64,000 nucleotides of DNA. Origin: Pavona decussata. Taxonomy: Eukaryota. The stretch covers positions 1,860,001 to 1,924,000 of the forward strand of contig CDRNST010000218.1 in the NCBI GenBank assembly GCA_977016875.1, read 5' to 3'. Of the stretch, positions 40,001 to 51,900 are shown piece by piece (position 1 is the first letter of the stretch; every line of letters starts with the position of its first letter). The position numbers and the translations under genes are program-made. The notes under the pieces are model-generated. The model was not told the origin of the DNA, did no database searches, and was given only the letters and a program-made list of their open reading frames with translations.

Positions 40001-40840
40001 TACCCTCTGCAGACAATCTGAAGGTAGTTCCATAACAGACCTCAGCAACCTCCCTCCAGTTTTATTTATTTAGTAAAAATTAGCCTGTCTTTAAAGTACA
40101 CTTAAACCAGGTTTTATATCTTAGGAAAATACCAGACAGTCATGGATTTCACTGTTGGCATCAACCACAGATTTTGCTGACTTATGAAAACAAGAAAATG
40201 TATAATTACTGATCAACTGGGATGATCGGAGATGAATCAGGAGTGTTTCTGTTTTGCCAATGCATCCCACATTTCTGCGATGGTTGGTGATCATTTGATT
40301 TCTTGACATACACTATACAAAAGCCATTACATTATTCACAAGTTTAAATTTGGCAAACTTCGCCCCCCCCCCCCCCCCCCCCCCAACTCCCTTATTATTC
40401 AAGATCAGGAAAACCTAGGACAGATGTTTGGGAAAGTCCCGTCGTGTCAGCAAAATGTGGGGTGGTTGGGAAACGTTTAAATCGCTGATCATCTGGAATT
40501 TCCCCTTACTAAAAAACAGGCCAAATGAACACATGAACCACTCAGTCACTTTATAGTCATAGCCATACATAATTTGTCTCTTATTATTCTGGGCCACTTT
40601 TAAGTAGGCATTTAGCTCACAAATGCCAAATTATAAGCTTACCAATAGTTATTTTATGCAAAGCTTATTACATAAAAATTAAGACAGCCATCGCTAAATA
40701 ATCACCTCAATAAATGGCAGATATCTAAAACGCAGTTTAAGTGATTTACCTGTATCTCCGTAACTCCGTGAGCCATCTCGAGATGTTGTCACTGTAAATG
40801 TGGCATCTTCAACGGCCTTGGCAAACAGATTTTTTGCCAT
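16098..40840 (-). CDS. NXF1: Nuclear RNA export factor 1 (TAP/Mex67 family), complete, 24 coding exons, 672 aa
   Basis: Exons 40750-40840, 38344-38545, 37853-37988, 36018-36101, 34666-34773, 32947-33084, 32429-32498, 31307-31395, 30355-30462, 29284-29399, 27889-27925, 27102-27170, 26072-26127, 24801-24861, 24432-24490, 23652-23713, 22535-22650, 20620-20662, 19479-19542, 18762-18819, 18020-18103, 17659-17720, 17124-17184, 16098-16142 sum to 2019 nt, open to TAG. Domains: RGG-rich N-terminus, PY-NLS-like SRFNPY, RRM ([17 protein letters not shown]), LRR ([38 protein letters not shown]), NTF2-like ([36 protein letters not shown]) and UBA/TAP-C ([32 protein letters not shown]). Confidence 0.96.
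16465..16990. mobile_element. PIF/Harbinger-like MITE with TAA target duplication
   Basis: TAA-tgtaccggtcaaatc...gatttgactggtaca-TAA, with internal cccgggca repeats. Confidence 0.7.
23139..23443. mobile_element. Second copy (opposite orientation) of the TTAA-flanked MITE family
   Basis: TTAA-aggggaagtatcacg...catgacacttcccct-TTAA; both ends match the reverse complement of 15390-15686. Confidence 0.75.
27345..27850. mobile_element. MITE with internal 'gcgagca' repeats
   Basis: ttaataggggtattgaatggtc...gaccattcgatacccctattaa inverted termini. Confidence 0.75.
28981..29263. mobile_element. MITE inside NXF1 intron 10
   Basis: agagcggtttccaattgagtgtcaaaa versus tttcaacactcaattgaaaaaccactct inverted termini. 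Confidence 0.75.
31790..32305 (-). mobile_element. 3' end of a CR1/L2-type LINE
   Basis: ORF end [30 protein letters not shown]...[38 protein letters not shown], followed by a (TTA)n tail. Confidence 0.85.
33424..33835. mobile_element. TTAA-flanked MITE
   Basis: ttaaggatggtgcctact...agtagacaccgtcgtccttaa. Confidence 0.65.
36314..37368. mobile_element. ~1-kb non-autonomous DNA transposon
   Basis: gggttattccagaaaaaatccacacctccccgacggatggg versus cccatccgtcgggggggtgtggattttttctggagtaacc, with subterminal 'ggaaatccagg...gggggg' repeats. Confidence 0.75.
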
Positions 40841-41250
40841 AATTCTAATCGAAGAATGAGAATTTTACACAACCACAGCAAAGTCGCCTACCACGGTCCA
40901 AATACGTCGTGTATCAATCACAGAGTGTCCCAGCTCACGTTCATTTTTAAAAACAGGAAGCGCGAATGTTATAATCCATCCTTTTAACTATCTCCTCGTC
41001 ATAAGGGAAAGAATTCGAAGTAAATTTCCAAGAAAACAGCTCAAACAGTAAAACTGACTTGAAAGTAATCGTTCTAACGGCCGCACAAGAGTAAAACTCC
41101 CCGGGTCCCCCGCAAGCGTACAAGGTTGAGGGGGTCTGGATGAGCCTATCACGTGGCTTTATCACATGATTGCCTTCCGCCATATTGTCTAGCAGCTGGT
41201 TGTTTCTGGTGGTACCGTTTCGTCCTCTCGTATTTTGAAGTTCAAGAAAA
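40841..41250. promoter_or_regulatory. Bidirectional promoter/5'-UTR region shared by NXF1 and ATP6V0C
   Basis: The divergent ATGs are 410 bp apart and the region is CpG-richer than its flanks. It contains TCACGTGG (41149-41156), TCACATGA (41162-41169) and YY1-like CCGCCATATT (41177-41186). Confidence 0.8.
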
Positions 41251-43650
41251 ATGGCAGATAAGCCGACTTATGTGGCCTTCTTTGGAGTCATGGGAGCGAC
41301 TTCAGCGATGGTGTTCAGTGGTAATTATCTGCATCATTTTTTTGGGGGGAAAATTTCTTTTATAGTGGTGATGAAACTAACGACGAAGTGAAATCATTCC
41401 TTGACTAGCTTTAGGAGCTGCCTATGGAACAGCCAAAAGTGGAACAGGGATTGCTGCAATGAGTGTTATGCGGCCAGAGCTTATCATGAAATCGATTATT
41501 CCAGTAGTTATGGCGGGTATTATTGCTATTTATGGACTCGTCGTTGCTGTCCTTGTGGGCAATGGAAGTGAGTATAACCTTAGTCCTAGCCTGCTGAAAC
41601 GTGCTGTCGAAAGATTCGCTTATAATTATCCATAGTCTTTGGTAGTCTCTTGTTATTTATAAAAGTGATACTACGTTCCTTCCTGGACAGATTTCCTTTC
41701 CGGGATGACTAAAGACGATCCTGTCTGGGATTAAGCACTAAATGACATTTTATCCCAGACAAAAGTTTTCCTCTGTGGTGAATACAGGGATGAAAATCGT
41801 CTTTGATGAGTTTAACACAAAGTTTATGGATACACGTTAGATTTCTTGAGTCAGGTTTCTTGTGTCTCAAGTTGAATGAGGAGACACCTGTCAGAATCAT
41901 TGTGAGTTCTTGATTATGCGCACATGAAAGGGTTTTGAGAAAAAATTGATGCTTAATATTTATCACAGAAAGGACAGTTACAGCGAAAATACAAGTGACA
42001 ATTAATCCTTAATTCTACAAACACACATTGTGATTATGTGTTTAGGGAAGTGGCCAAAATTACTACACTCAAACAGGACCCACTAAACCACAAAATAGAG
42101 GTGGTCTCTGTCTGCACCCCTTCCTCAACCTCAAAAGATGGTGTTTTTATTGCATAACCACCCATTTTTCCAGCAGTAAAAAATGATAATGGAGTTCAAA
42201 CCTCCATTTTCTTATTTATCTAGCAATGCTGACTCTTGCTTGCTGAATATTTCTGTGTCAACTGAAATTTTAAAGCCAATAAAATTTTGTCAGTAATATA
42301 TATGAGATAGGTGGTGTCTTCGATAACGCCCCTACACCAGACAAGGGGGGTCCTCTTTGAACAAATTTGTTATGACCAGTTCCCTTATAGTATATCAAAG
42401 ACTTATGCAAACATTAAATACTTAAAATATAGAATGTAAACTTCATATTTTCCTCCCTGAAGTTTAAACTTGAGACCATGTATCACTGATTTTAGTTATG
42501 TTATCTAAGTGGCAGATAAAAGCTTGAAAGTAAGTTAAACATGACTGACAATTTGTGTTTAATTGCAGTTACTGCAGACTACACTCTCTTCAAGTGAGTA
42601 CAACCAACTGAAATACTTTGTTGTAATTGTGATGTTGTTTAAATTGTTACAGTTTTTATATTACATGTATTTGTTCATTTTTAGGTTATACTTGTTCTCA
42701 AGTTTTACTTCCAATGTAGAATCCAATGTAGACAAGCATTTATTTTTCTTTGTCTATAAAGCAGTCAAACAATTTCTCAATTGACTATTGAGAAAATAAA
42801 CACTTGCAGATACATGTAAGCCATGCAATTACAGAAAAAACACACCTAAAATTCTGAAAAAAAGTTTTTTTTCCAAAATATTCACAGTCACATGAGAAAG
42901 TATATTGATGTATATTGCATACCTTTAAGTTTACATATGTATTTTTCTTTTGCAAGGGTTGCCCTACATACGTAAAGGTGTCTTAAAGTGTACCCGTTTT
43001 TCCCTGAATGCAAGCAAAGCTGCGTGTGTATTGATCATTCAAATTTTCTGTTCAGAATAAAAAGTAGCGAGATTAAAACATGACGTTTTGGCTACAACAT
43101 GTCACCATTATTAAATGAAATTATTATAAGTTCAGTAACGTTATATAAAGAAAAGAAGGTGTGAAACTACATTAGAATAAAATGAGATGGAGTAAAACGA
43201 AGAATTTGCAAAATTAAATGAACAGTTTTGCTGGTATGGAGTCTTTACCAGCAAAACTGTTCATTTAATTTTGCACATTCTTGATACAGTCAGTCAGGTT
43301 CATAAGTACTAACTTATACATGCACGTGTACTTACATTTCTGAAACCTTTGGCAATGCAGAATTGTGCATTGTTATTTACATTGATCAAAATCAATATAC
43401 ATGTTTGTTTATGCTTTTTACATTTTGTTTTGGTTTTAGGAGTTTTCTGGACTTGGGTGCTGGCTTGAGTGTTGGGCTAAGTGGTCTTGCAGCAGGTTTT
43501 GCAATCGGCATTGTTGGAGATGCAGGCGTCAGAGGAACAGCCCAGCAGCCTCGTCTTTTTGTTGGCATGATTCTTATTTTGATCTTTGCTGAAGTGCTTG
43601 GTCTTTATGGGCTGATTGTTGCCTTAATCCTAACCACAAAAAATCCTTAA
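41251..43650 (+). CDS. ATP6V0C: V-type proton ATPase 16 kDa proteolipid subunit c, complete, 154 aa
   Basis: Exons 41251-41320, 41409-41567, 42569-42593 (25-nt micro-exon), 43440-43650, total 465 nt. Protein [72 protein letters not shown]...[57 protein letters not shown], with the proton-carrying Glu in FAEVL. Confidence 0.98.
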
Positions 43651-43910
43651 TAGTGTCAACATTAACAAACCATCTCCAATTGTAATTATGTGATTAATGT
43701 GGTGTGCATTTTCAAGGAATACTGCCCCAGCTGTGCTAGGAACGAATAATAATATGATATCATAGCATTTCTTTTCTTTCTCTTTTTTTTTAAAGAATAC
43801 TAGTGAGCTTGATGCTTCACAAAGCAAAGTATCTTGTCAACTTGTTTTATTTCTCCAACCGGTTTTGTCTGAAACACAGACTTCTTTAGGGAGTTAAAAT
43901 GGGTCGGAGA

Positions 43911-44303
43911 AATAAAACGAGTTGACAAGGTACATTGCCTTTTGCAGCTCACTAGTATTTCTTTAAAAAAGAAATGAAAAATTAAAAAAAAACTTGTTTA
44001 GGTACAGAGGTAACTATTACACTGTAATATTTAATAAAGTGTTGTGCCCATTATGGGATATTAATTCAGTTTTTTTAAAATCTGTTTTTGTTTAAATGTG
44101 AGAACAAGTCTCAGTTTTTGAGTACTATCAATAAAAGGCTGGATGAAACTTGAGTTTAAATGGGGCTATTTTTCAAGGCTTGCTGTAGTTAATGTTACTA
44201 CAATTTTACTTAATCATGAAGAATCAATAAATTGTCTTTTGCTTTGAACACTGTTGATGTAGATGATGTACCTTTGCAATAATTTCCACCACCCACTAAT
44301 AAA
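43911..44303 (+). terminator. Cluster of ATP6V0C poly(A) signals
   Basis: AATAAA at 43911, 44033, 44130, 44226 and 44298, downstream of the TAA at 43650. Confidence 0.55.
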
Positions 44304-47300
44304 CAAAACATCATTCACTTTGGCATGGAACAAACCTGTTGTAAGTTTTTGTGTTTAAAGCAGAATATCAAAGTTGTGTTTTTTGTACTTTCTGTGACGA
44401 CTTAGAAGAGAATAACCTCCCTCACAGATGCTCTTTTGGGGAGGAAAGATTGCATGATGAGCCAAAAGAGCATCTGCGAGGGAGGCCAAGAAGAGAATGG
44501 AATGGCCTTGTCACAACCTGCATTTTTGTGTGACTTCAGCCCGCAACGATAGTGTAAACTCCCTCTTTCTCTTTTTTTTTTTTTCTATAGCTGGGTTTGC
44601 CAAATTTCAGCATTCAAATTTCCTTGTATTTTGGTGGACATCTAAAGCACCCACCAAGCAAGTGGGATGATGGTATCCACAGTTCAAGCCCAGACTCGGG
44701 ACATTTTTTTTCTTTGTTTCTTTGTTGTATGTTCAGCTATCTTTTTTGTTCTGCCTGGACAACATTCAACGAATGTGAAGAACTGATGAATTTTTTTTTG
44801 TAAACCTCTGTTTTTGATGTTTTCGTAGATATTTGTAAATGTCCAAGTTCAAACTTCCGCCTTGTCAGTATCTCTTCGCTATCTGTAATTTTGAGATTGT
44901 TTTTTGTTTCTCCTTTTTTCTTGAGATTTCGATTCTGTATTTTGAATCAAGGGTTCAGCTTATCTGCCGGTTTTTACAGTCTTTTCACCTCACCTAACAT
45001 GTCCATTGCCTACCTCTGTAGGTTTGCTACAGACATCATTACCAATCAAATTGCAATTGAAGTAAAAAAAAAAAAAAAACGGTGGGGGGGGGGGGGGGGG
45101 GCATGACTTTTTATCTCATGTTTATCGTGTCTTTTTGAATATGATGTCATTAAAAACAAACTTAATGGTCTTCACACGAGTCACGAGTTTCACGAGCGAA
45201 AAAAAAAAACATAGAATGATCTTGGGGATTTTTACCCAGGAAATGTGTATTTTATTCATTTTTTTTAACTAGATTATCTGTTGGTTGTATGTTGTGTATA
45301 GGGGGTCTAACAGCTAGTCAAATAAACACTATAAATTGCCCCTCTCTTATTGAGCCATTGTTGATGCAAATTATGGGTTTGTTTGGTGATACAAACTGAC
45401 ACTCTTTCCTGGTTCACAGTTTTACTATTTTCCTGGAGTCTTGATGCATTAAGCCCTTGCTTGAGAAATGCAGCCCTCAAGCTACAAAGAACTCACTTGT
45501 TTTACTAGTTCAGAACTCTTTGAGCACTATGGAACACTGATGATGTAGACAAACACAACTAAATGAAAATACCTTGTTATTTCCATGACAACCACAGGAA
45601 TTTTGTGAACCCGCGTTAGCAAGTTCTTGTGGTTCCTTACGTTGAGTTTTTGTGCAGTTTCGGAAAGAAATGTCGCGGTAATATCACGTTCTGTGTAAGG
45701 ATGATAGGAGGGGTCTTCTGGTGGTGCTGACTTTCAACGTTTATAACGTTTTAATATTTGAGCAAACGCCAACAAACTGTGACTTTTTCAGAAATTTTCA
45801 AGGAACAATTAATTTTGATGTGGTATGGTGTGGCAACCAAAGTTTGAAAGGCGGGTTTTTCGAAAAAACTGAACACTCCTGTTTTCAATGAACTTTCTCC
45901 CAGAATTTTCTATTTGAAGCAACATACGGAATGTTGCATTCCCGTTTAGCGAAAATTTTCCGTCGGAAAATTGTCCGTGTCCAATGGAAAGACTTTTTTG
46001 CTGTCGTTCCAAATTTCCAGTCTCCTTGGTAGATCAAAAAACGTTCGTGGTGGCGAAAGAAGACAACAAAATGGATTTTGTGCAAATAGAACTGTAAACG
46101 TTAAAAGTGGACTTCCTACAAAGGTCGTCTGGCGACGCTTTATACACTTTGTATTGCAAACATGGGCAATTCACTTCAGTTCTCAAAATGCATTGCTAAA
46201 GTACAGCCATAAATGTAAAAATTGAAGTAAACAAATCACAACAACTTTAAAAAGCAAGAGATTTATTCAGTTATAAATTTACGTTATAAAATTCAGGGAT
46301 ATTTAGAAAACCTGCAAATTGGAGATTAGAAGTACACTGAAATGGCTCTATTTGTTATTTCTCCATTCTTTAAAGCAAAGACCAGTCCCTTTCTTCTTCC
46401 TAAGCCCTCCTCGTTTTTCCTTTAATTTCCACAATTTCTAATATAAATTCCGGCTCGAACGTAGAATCTGAGGAGAAGAAAGACTGCTTGCATTCAACCA
46501 CTTTTTGCAAAAGCGATAGAAAATGCCCAAGACGGTTTCTATTGAAAACCTGATAAAAACTAATCCGATAGAATACAGACGATGGTTTGCATTTGAAAAA
46601 TTCAGAAACTTACATTGGATTTGTTATTGATACGATGAATTGGGGGTAACTATGGTCATAGGTTCTCACCATTCATTGCGCTAGGTTTTCGGCCTAAACT
46701 CGCTCGATTTTTCATTACTCGGTTACTGAATTGTACTCCACTCCGGTCCAAGTAACTTTACTAACTACATTATATTATAGTGTCGTTGAGATAGAAAATC
46801 AAGTTTTGCAATTGAAAGTTGTAAAATCTACTGATAACCACTATTGCCAGCCACAATAAGAAATGTAAAAAGGCAATAACCAAGCAGAACTTGTTTCGTT
46901 GCAGAGTACGGTAAAACAATTGCATTGGCTTTACAGCTGACGGATCTGGATTGATTGCTAGATCTAAGAGATCTTATCAACATGAATATTTAATGACCTA
47001 ACGTATGGTGTTTCATACAATTCCTACTCAAATCGGTCAATTTGGATAAACTTAATTTATTCACAGTAATAATAGGATTGTTTACTTTTGCATATCCATG
47101 GTTCACTTGTGGCTTTGCCTTTCAACAGATACTTGTGTAGGCTGGTTAACTCAGAATATCCAGGTACAATTGACCCTGGAATGTAGCTGAAGCTCCGCTT
47201 ATCTAACGTGTGTTCTCATTGGCTGCTTTATGGCTGCATAACACAATGATGACCTCACTCAAGTATAGCGTCACAACTTTAAATAACAACCAATTTTGGA

Positions 47301-47680
47301 GAAACATCTAAGGAAGTAATGTAATCCTAAACTTGAGCGAAAATCCCTTGCGAAACTATTTTTCTTGAGTCTCCCTGGAATCTTGAGGGTTCGAGACTGC
47401 CAAGATTCGCGGTTAAACAAAACTGTTGCTCTAAGGCCAGCCATTAACTATACAATATAAACAACTTCCTGCAAATATTTAACAAAATACTTAAAATGAT
47501 ATAATTTATATTAAAGCTAATCCGGTATTTGTGGACTTGCTGATTCAGTACAAATTCGGATTCTCCTATTGCGGCGACACGGAAGGCAGTTGACTCAGAG
47601 CTGCTGCCTCATCGGGCACAGAATGAGCAGGCACGCGCGAAGGCTTGGACAATCAACAGTGTGTTTCTTGTGCTCATGTA

Positions 47681-48947
47681 TCACACCTCATAGGAGCGAT
47701 CTCTTGCATTATGCCTCTCCTCTTTCAACATGTGCTGTAAAATGACGCAAAAATAGAAACTATAACTCTTTGAAAGAAATGTGATGTTATGTTTTTAAGC
47801 CTGGGCTACAGGAAACATCTAGTTTCTACATCTACCATTTACCAGGCTTAGTCAGGCTAAAACATAGCATCACATTTCTTTCAAATATACCACACAACGA
47901 CATTCCAATCCTAGCAGTATGCAGGATGTTTGTCCCATGAACCTAGTTTTTAAAATGGCCTTAGCTCCCCCGAGTCTCCTGTAGCTCAGTGGTAGAGCAT
48001 CCGAACTAGTAATCGGAAGGTCTTAGGGTCGACTCCTGATAAGAGCACTCCTGTGACTGTGACAAAAAAAAAAATACATTTATCAACTATAACTTGGACA
48101 TCAGTATCCATGACAGGGGCACGTAACCAGTAGGTGTACGTTGTAAAAGGTTTGACTAAAAGAAGTGCTCCAAAATTTTCAATGTTCACTGTCGCGAGAT
48201 ATCGACTTTTTTCTGAAATAATTTCACTCAACATGAACTTTCTGCTTCACCTAGATTCACACTATGACCATTCAGCAGTTGGACACATGAGCATGTCATT
48301 TTCCACTTGCTAACAGTTATGTAAGCGAATATGAATTTATGAAGCGTCATATATTTGAACTGCGGATGAAAGATTAAATGGAAGAAAGGTCCTCGCAGTA
48401 AGTAAGCAACTTAAGCAGTTGCGAAAAGAAAGATTGAGAAAATTCAGGCTTGAACGGGATTCGAACCCATGACCTCTGAGATGCTGGTGCAGTGCTCTAC
48501 CAACTGAGCCATCAAGCCAACTGGGAGCTGGTCATATTTTGAGTTCGTAACATACGCGTGAAGGATGAATAAATTAATATGAATATATGAAACATCATAT
48601 ATTTGAACTGCGGATGAAAGATTAAATAGAAGAAAGATCCTCGCAGTTAGTACGCAACTGTCAACTTAAGCATTTGCGAAAAGGGAAAGCCTGAAAAAAT
48701 TCAGGTTTGAACGGGATTCGAACTTATGACCTCGTTCAACTGCGAGGATCTTTCTTCTATTTAAGTTATGTAACCCTCGTGTTGCGCTCACCTGTCACCC
48801 CTTTAAACCTGACCGATCTAAGATGTATCTTCGACCTAATGATGTAATGTCTTGGGAGGTTTTGCCTAAAATGTTACGGTAACCATGCTAGGCATAGCAG
48901 AGACGTAATGATGTAAATAAATAAATAAATAATAATTATTATTATTA

Positions 48948-48989
<42 letters not shown>

Positions 48990-51900
48990 TAGTTGATGAA
49001 AACAGTGGCCTGCCTTAGACGCTGAAAGTCATCAACATCTCGCTTTTCTGTATGAACAACTGGACAGAAAAGTTGCCATAGACTAAAATGATTGAAAACT
49101 AAATCGTTTCAAGCTCAAATTGAAATGGTTCCCCGACATAAAAAAGGATTTTAAAAATTTCCGGGACTAGTTCGAGCTCGTGCAGTGAATGTTGTTGAGT
49201 TATTCAATAACTTTTGTTTATAAAATAATGCCGCAAAGGCTTTTTTTTTATTTCAATTGCTATATCTTATTATGACTGGTTATAATTACTGTTTTATTGA
49301 CACCACTTACTGTAAGTGAATCAAGTTCCTGAGAGAAAGCCCCTATCGTTCCTGTAACACGGTCTCCACTCTGCAAGATAAAAATAATGAAATATGGCGT
49401 AATTTAATGAAGGTATTTCACGTAAGGGCTAAACACCTACAACACTTTTACAGCAGCCAATGGCCAAACAGTGCAACAATACTTTAAGTTCGGTTTTTCA
49501 CACATTCCCCTCGATTGCAGCTGGTCAGTTAAAAATTAGTCCTCCCTCTTTACCATCAGGCATTGTAATTCCAAATGCAATCCCAAATATAGTTCAACAA
49601 CAAATCCTTCTGATATAAATCTGATATAAACCAGTGGATTGTTTTGGCTGGCTGTTTTAGGCTGTTGCACAGTGTTTCAATTCTCACGCTGCTCTCAACC
49701 CCTCCCCCCCCCCCCCTTTACCACCCCTCCCCCAAAAACCAGTCCTCCCCGAAAATAAACCCCTGAAAGAGCCGTTTGAACGAGTACGAGCCCTGAACCC
49801 TTTCACAATTTGCAAAGTCTTGAATTTTGACAGCTGTGAGGAGTGTGGACTGAGATCTGCCTAGCAACATTCTGCACGTGCACATGACAATTCAGATAAA
49901 CGTGAACACAGTAAATCTTGTTGGAGTGTTTCCACCATCGCAATGTTGAATAGCAACTATTGACTTGCGACTTCGTCGCGTAGGCTTATACAAGAACCGT
50001 CAAAGCTAATGGAAAGAGCTGAATACCTGAAGGCTACCCTCCTCATCACTTCTCAGTCTGGATCGTACCGAGTCGGAGGATCTTCTACTCCGCTGGATCA
50101 CATATGACTGCAGTGATAGAGGAACTTCAAGGTCCATGGGGCACACATAGTCATCCAGTTCCATCTCCCCCTTTCCACGTTTTCGGAGAGCACCAAAGGA
50201 CATGCTCCTTTTTACTACCTAATCATTTAAAAGGCATGTAATAAAAAATGTTTTGTAAGGTTTTCACGAGATAAAACAAAATCAGCAAAAGGCAGTTCAT
50301 ATAAAGAACTTGGAGTGTCTTTTGCGGTACATGTGGCACTTGACGTCAAATACACCCTTTTACTGTACTCAGCTTACTCGCCGCTAGTCTTCCTGCAGGA
50401 ACTAACTCAAGTCCTGTATGTAAGGTGGTTAAACTCCCGTTAAGAGACTGAGTGGTCACTCAGTTTTTTTCTTTGTAGTAGCATCCATCCAAGGAAAGGC
50501 CAAATTAAACAGAGAACCGACAAACCGGGGTTGACTCTTTTAGCCTGTGAATCAGCATACCAATGGCTACAAAGGACGTGACATTTCACAAGCCATCAAG
50601 GCACCAACGAAATTCGCTTCACAACGTGGAAATGTTCTTTTGAGACCTATTCTGAAATATGAATACACAGAATGGACGGCATTCATTATATATTTGGGAC
50701 CTATTCTGTTTTCGGAATGAACAGAATGATATTTTGAACGGAGTACGGCTTGCTCAGAACAGAACTGAGATATTGCGCTGTTTTGGAAAGGTTTTCGGTG
50801 TAATCGTAACAGGCAGAATTATGTTCTTTAGGGAAATGTTATTCTGTGTATTGTTTTTCCTGGACCGCAATGGGAATAGCTTGTATTTTTCCAAAAGAAT
50901 GCGCCGTAGAGTTCACTAGAGTTCAGAATTACCCTGTGTTTGATACCCGGCATCAGCGGCTGAAATGTTGGGTCACCAGCAGCTTGCTCTTTATTTTCAT
51001 GACACTCAGCACCCACAAGGGACTGGAAATGAGTAGCCAGGTGTCTTCGAAGTAGTGTTTTACTGATTGGGATAGACAGTAAAGCTGCCAGACTCTCTGC
51101 TGTGAAGCGTGGATCAAGAATCTGCAAATTAAAGATAGGCTAGATTAAAAGCGGAGCTCTAAAACAAATAGCTCATTGGGAAATCCTCAAATTTCAATTT
51201 CAATTTAACGTCCACACATTAAAACAACATATGTTGTAGGTTAAAATGAATCCCAGGTTAAAATGATTTCAACCTAGGTTGATTTGTATTTTCCTTTGTT
51301 TCAGATGTAAATTACCCAATACCCTAACAAAGGAAAATACAAATTAACCTAGGTTGAAATCATTTTAACCTGGATTTATTTTAACCTACAACACATACAC
51401 CCTCACAAGGTTACAAAAAGAGAACAAAAGAATGCGACGAGGAAGCCTAAAAAGAAACCACAAGGCTTATAATGTTACGCTTCCTCTTTACAAACGATTA
51501 CGTCATCAGGTTAAATTTGGCCGCTTCAATTACGTATGCAAAAGAGATAAGATCATTTTATGAGCGGAGCCAAGAAATACATTTTTCTTTCCTGGGAAGG
51601 GGTGGGGCAGTCAGTTTCAGGTCACGAGGTTCCCGTATGAAAAAGAATCGAATTTGCTTTTGAGGTGAAGCTGTAACATTATTTTAGGCACAAACTTATT
51701 TGTTGTTGTGATAAACCAGCTAGCTTATTTTAGTCTCGAAACCTGAGGCAAACGCAAACGTCGCTAATCTGAGGTTTGTCTTGATTTGTTGATTCTTGTT
51801 TAGTTTTGCTGTGTTCTTGTCTCCTCTTAGCCAACATCTTAATCAAGATCTTTTTGTGTTTTGTTTGGTCACCTATTTGTACGTGCCGTTTGATACTCCA

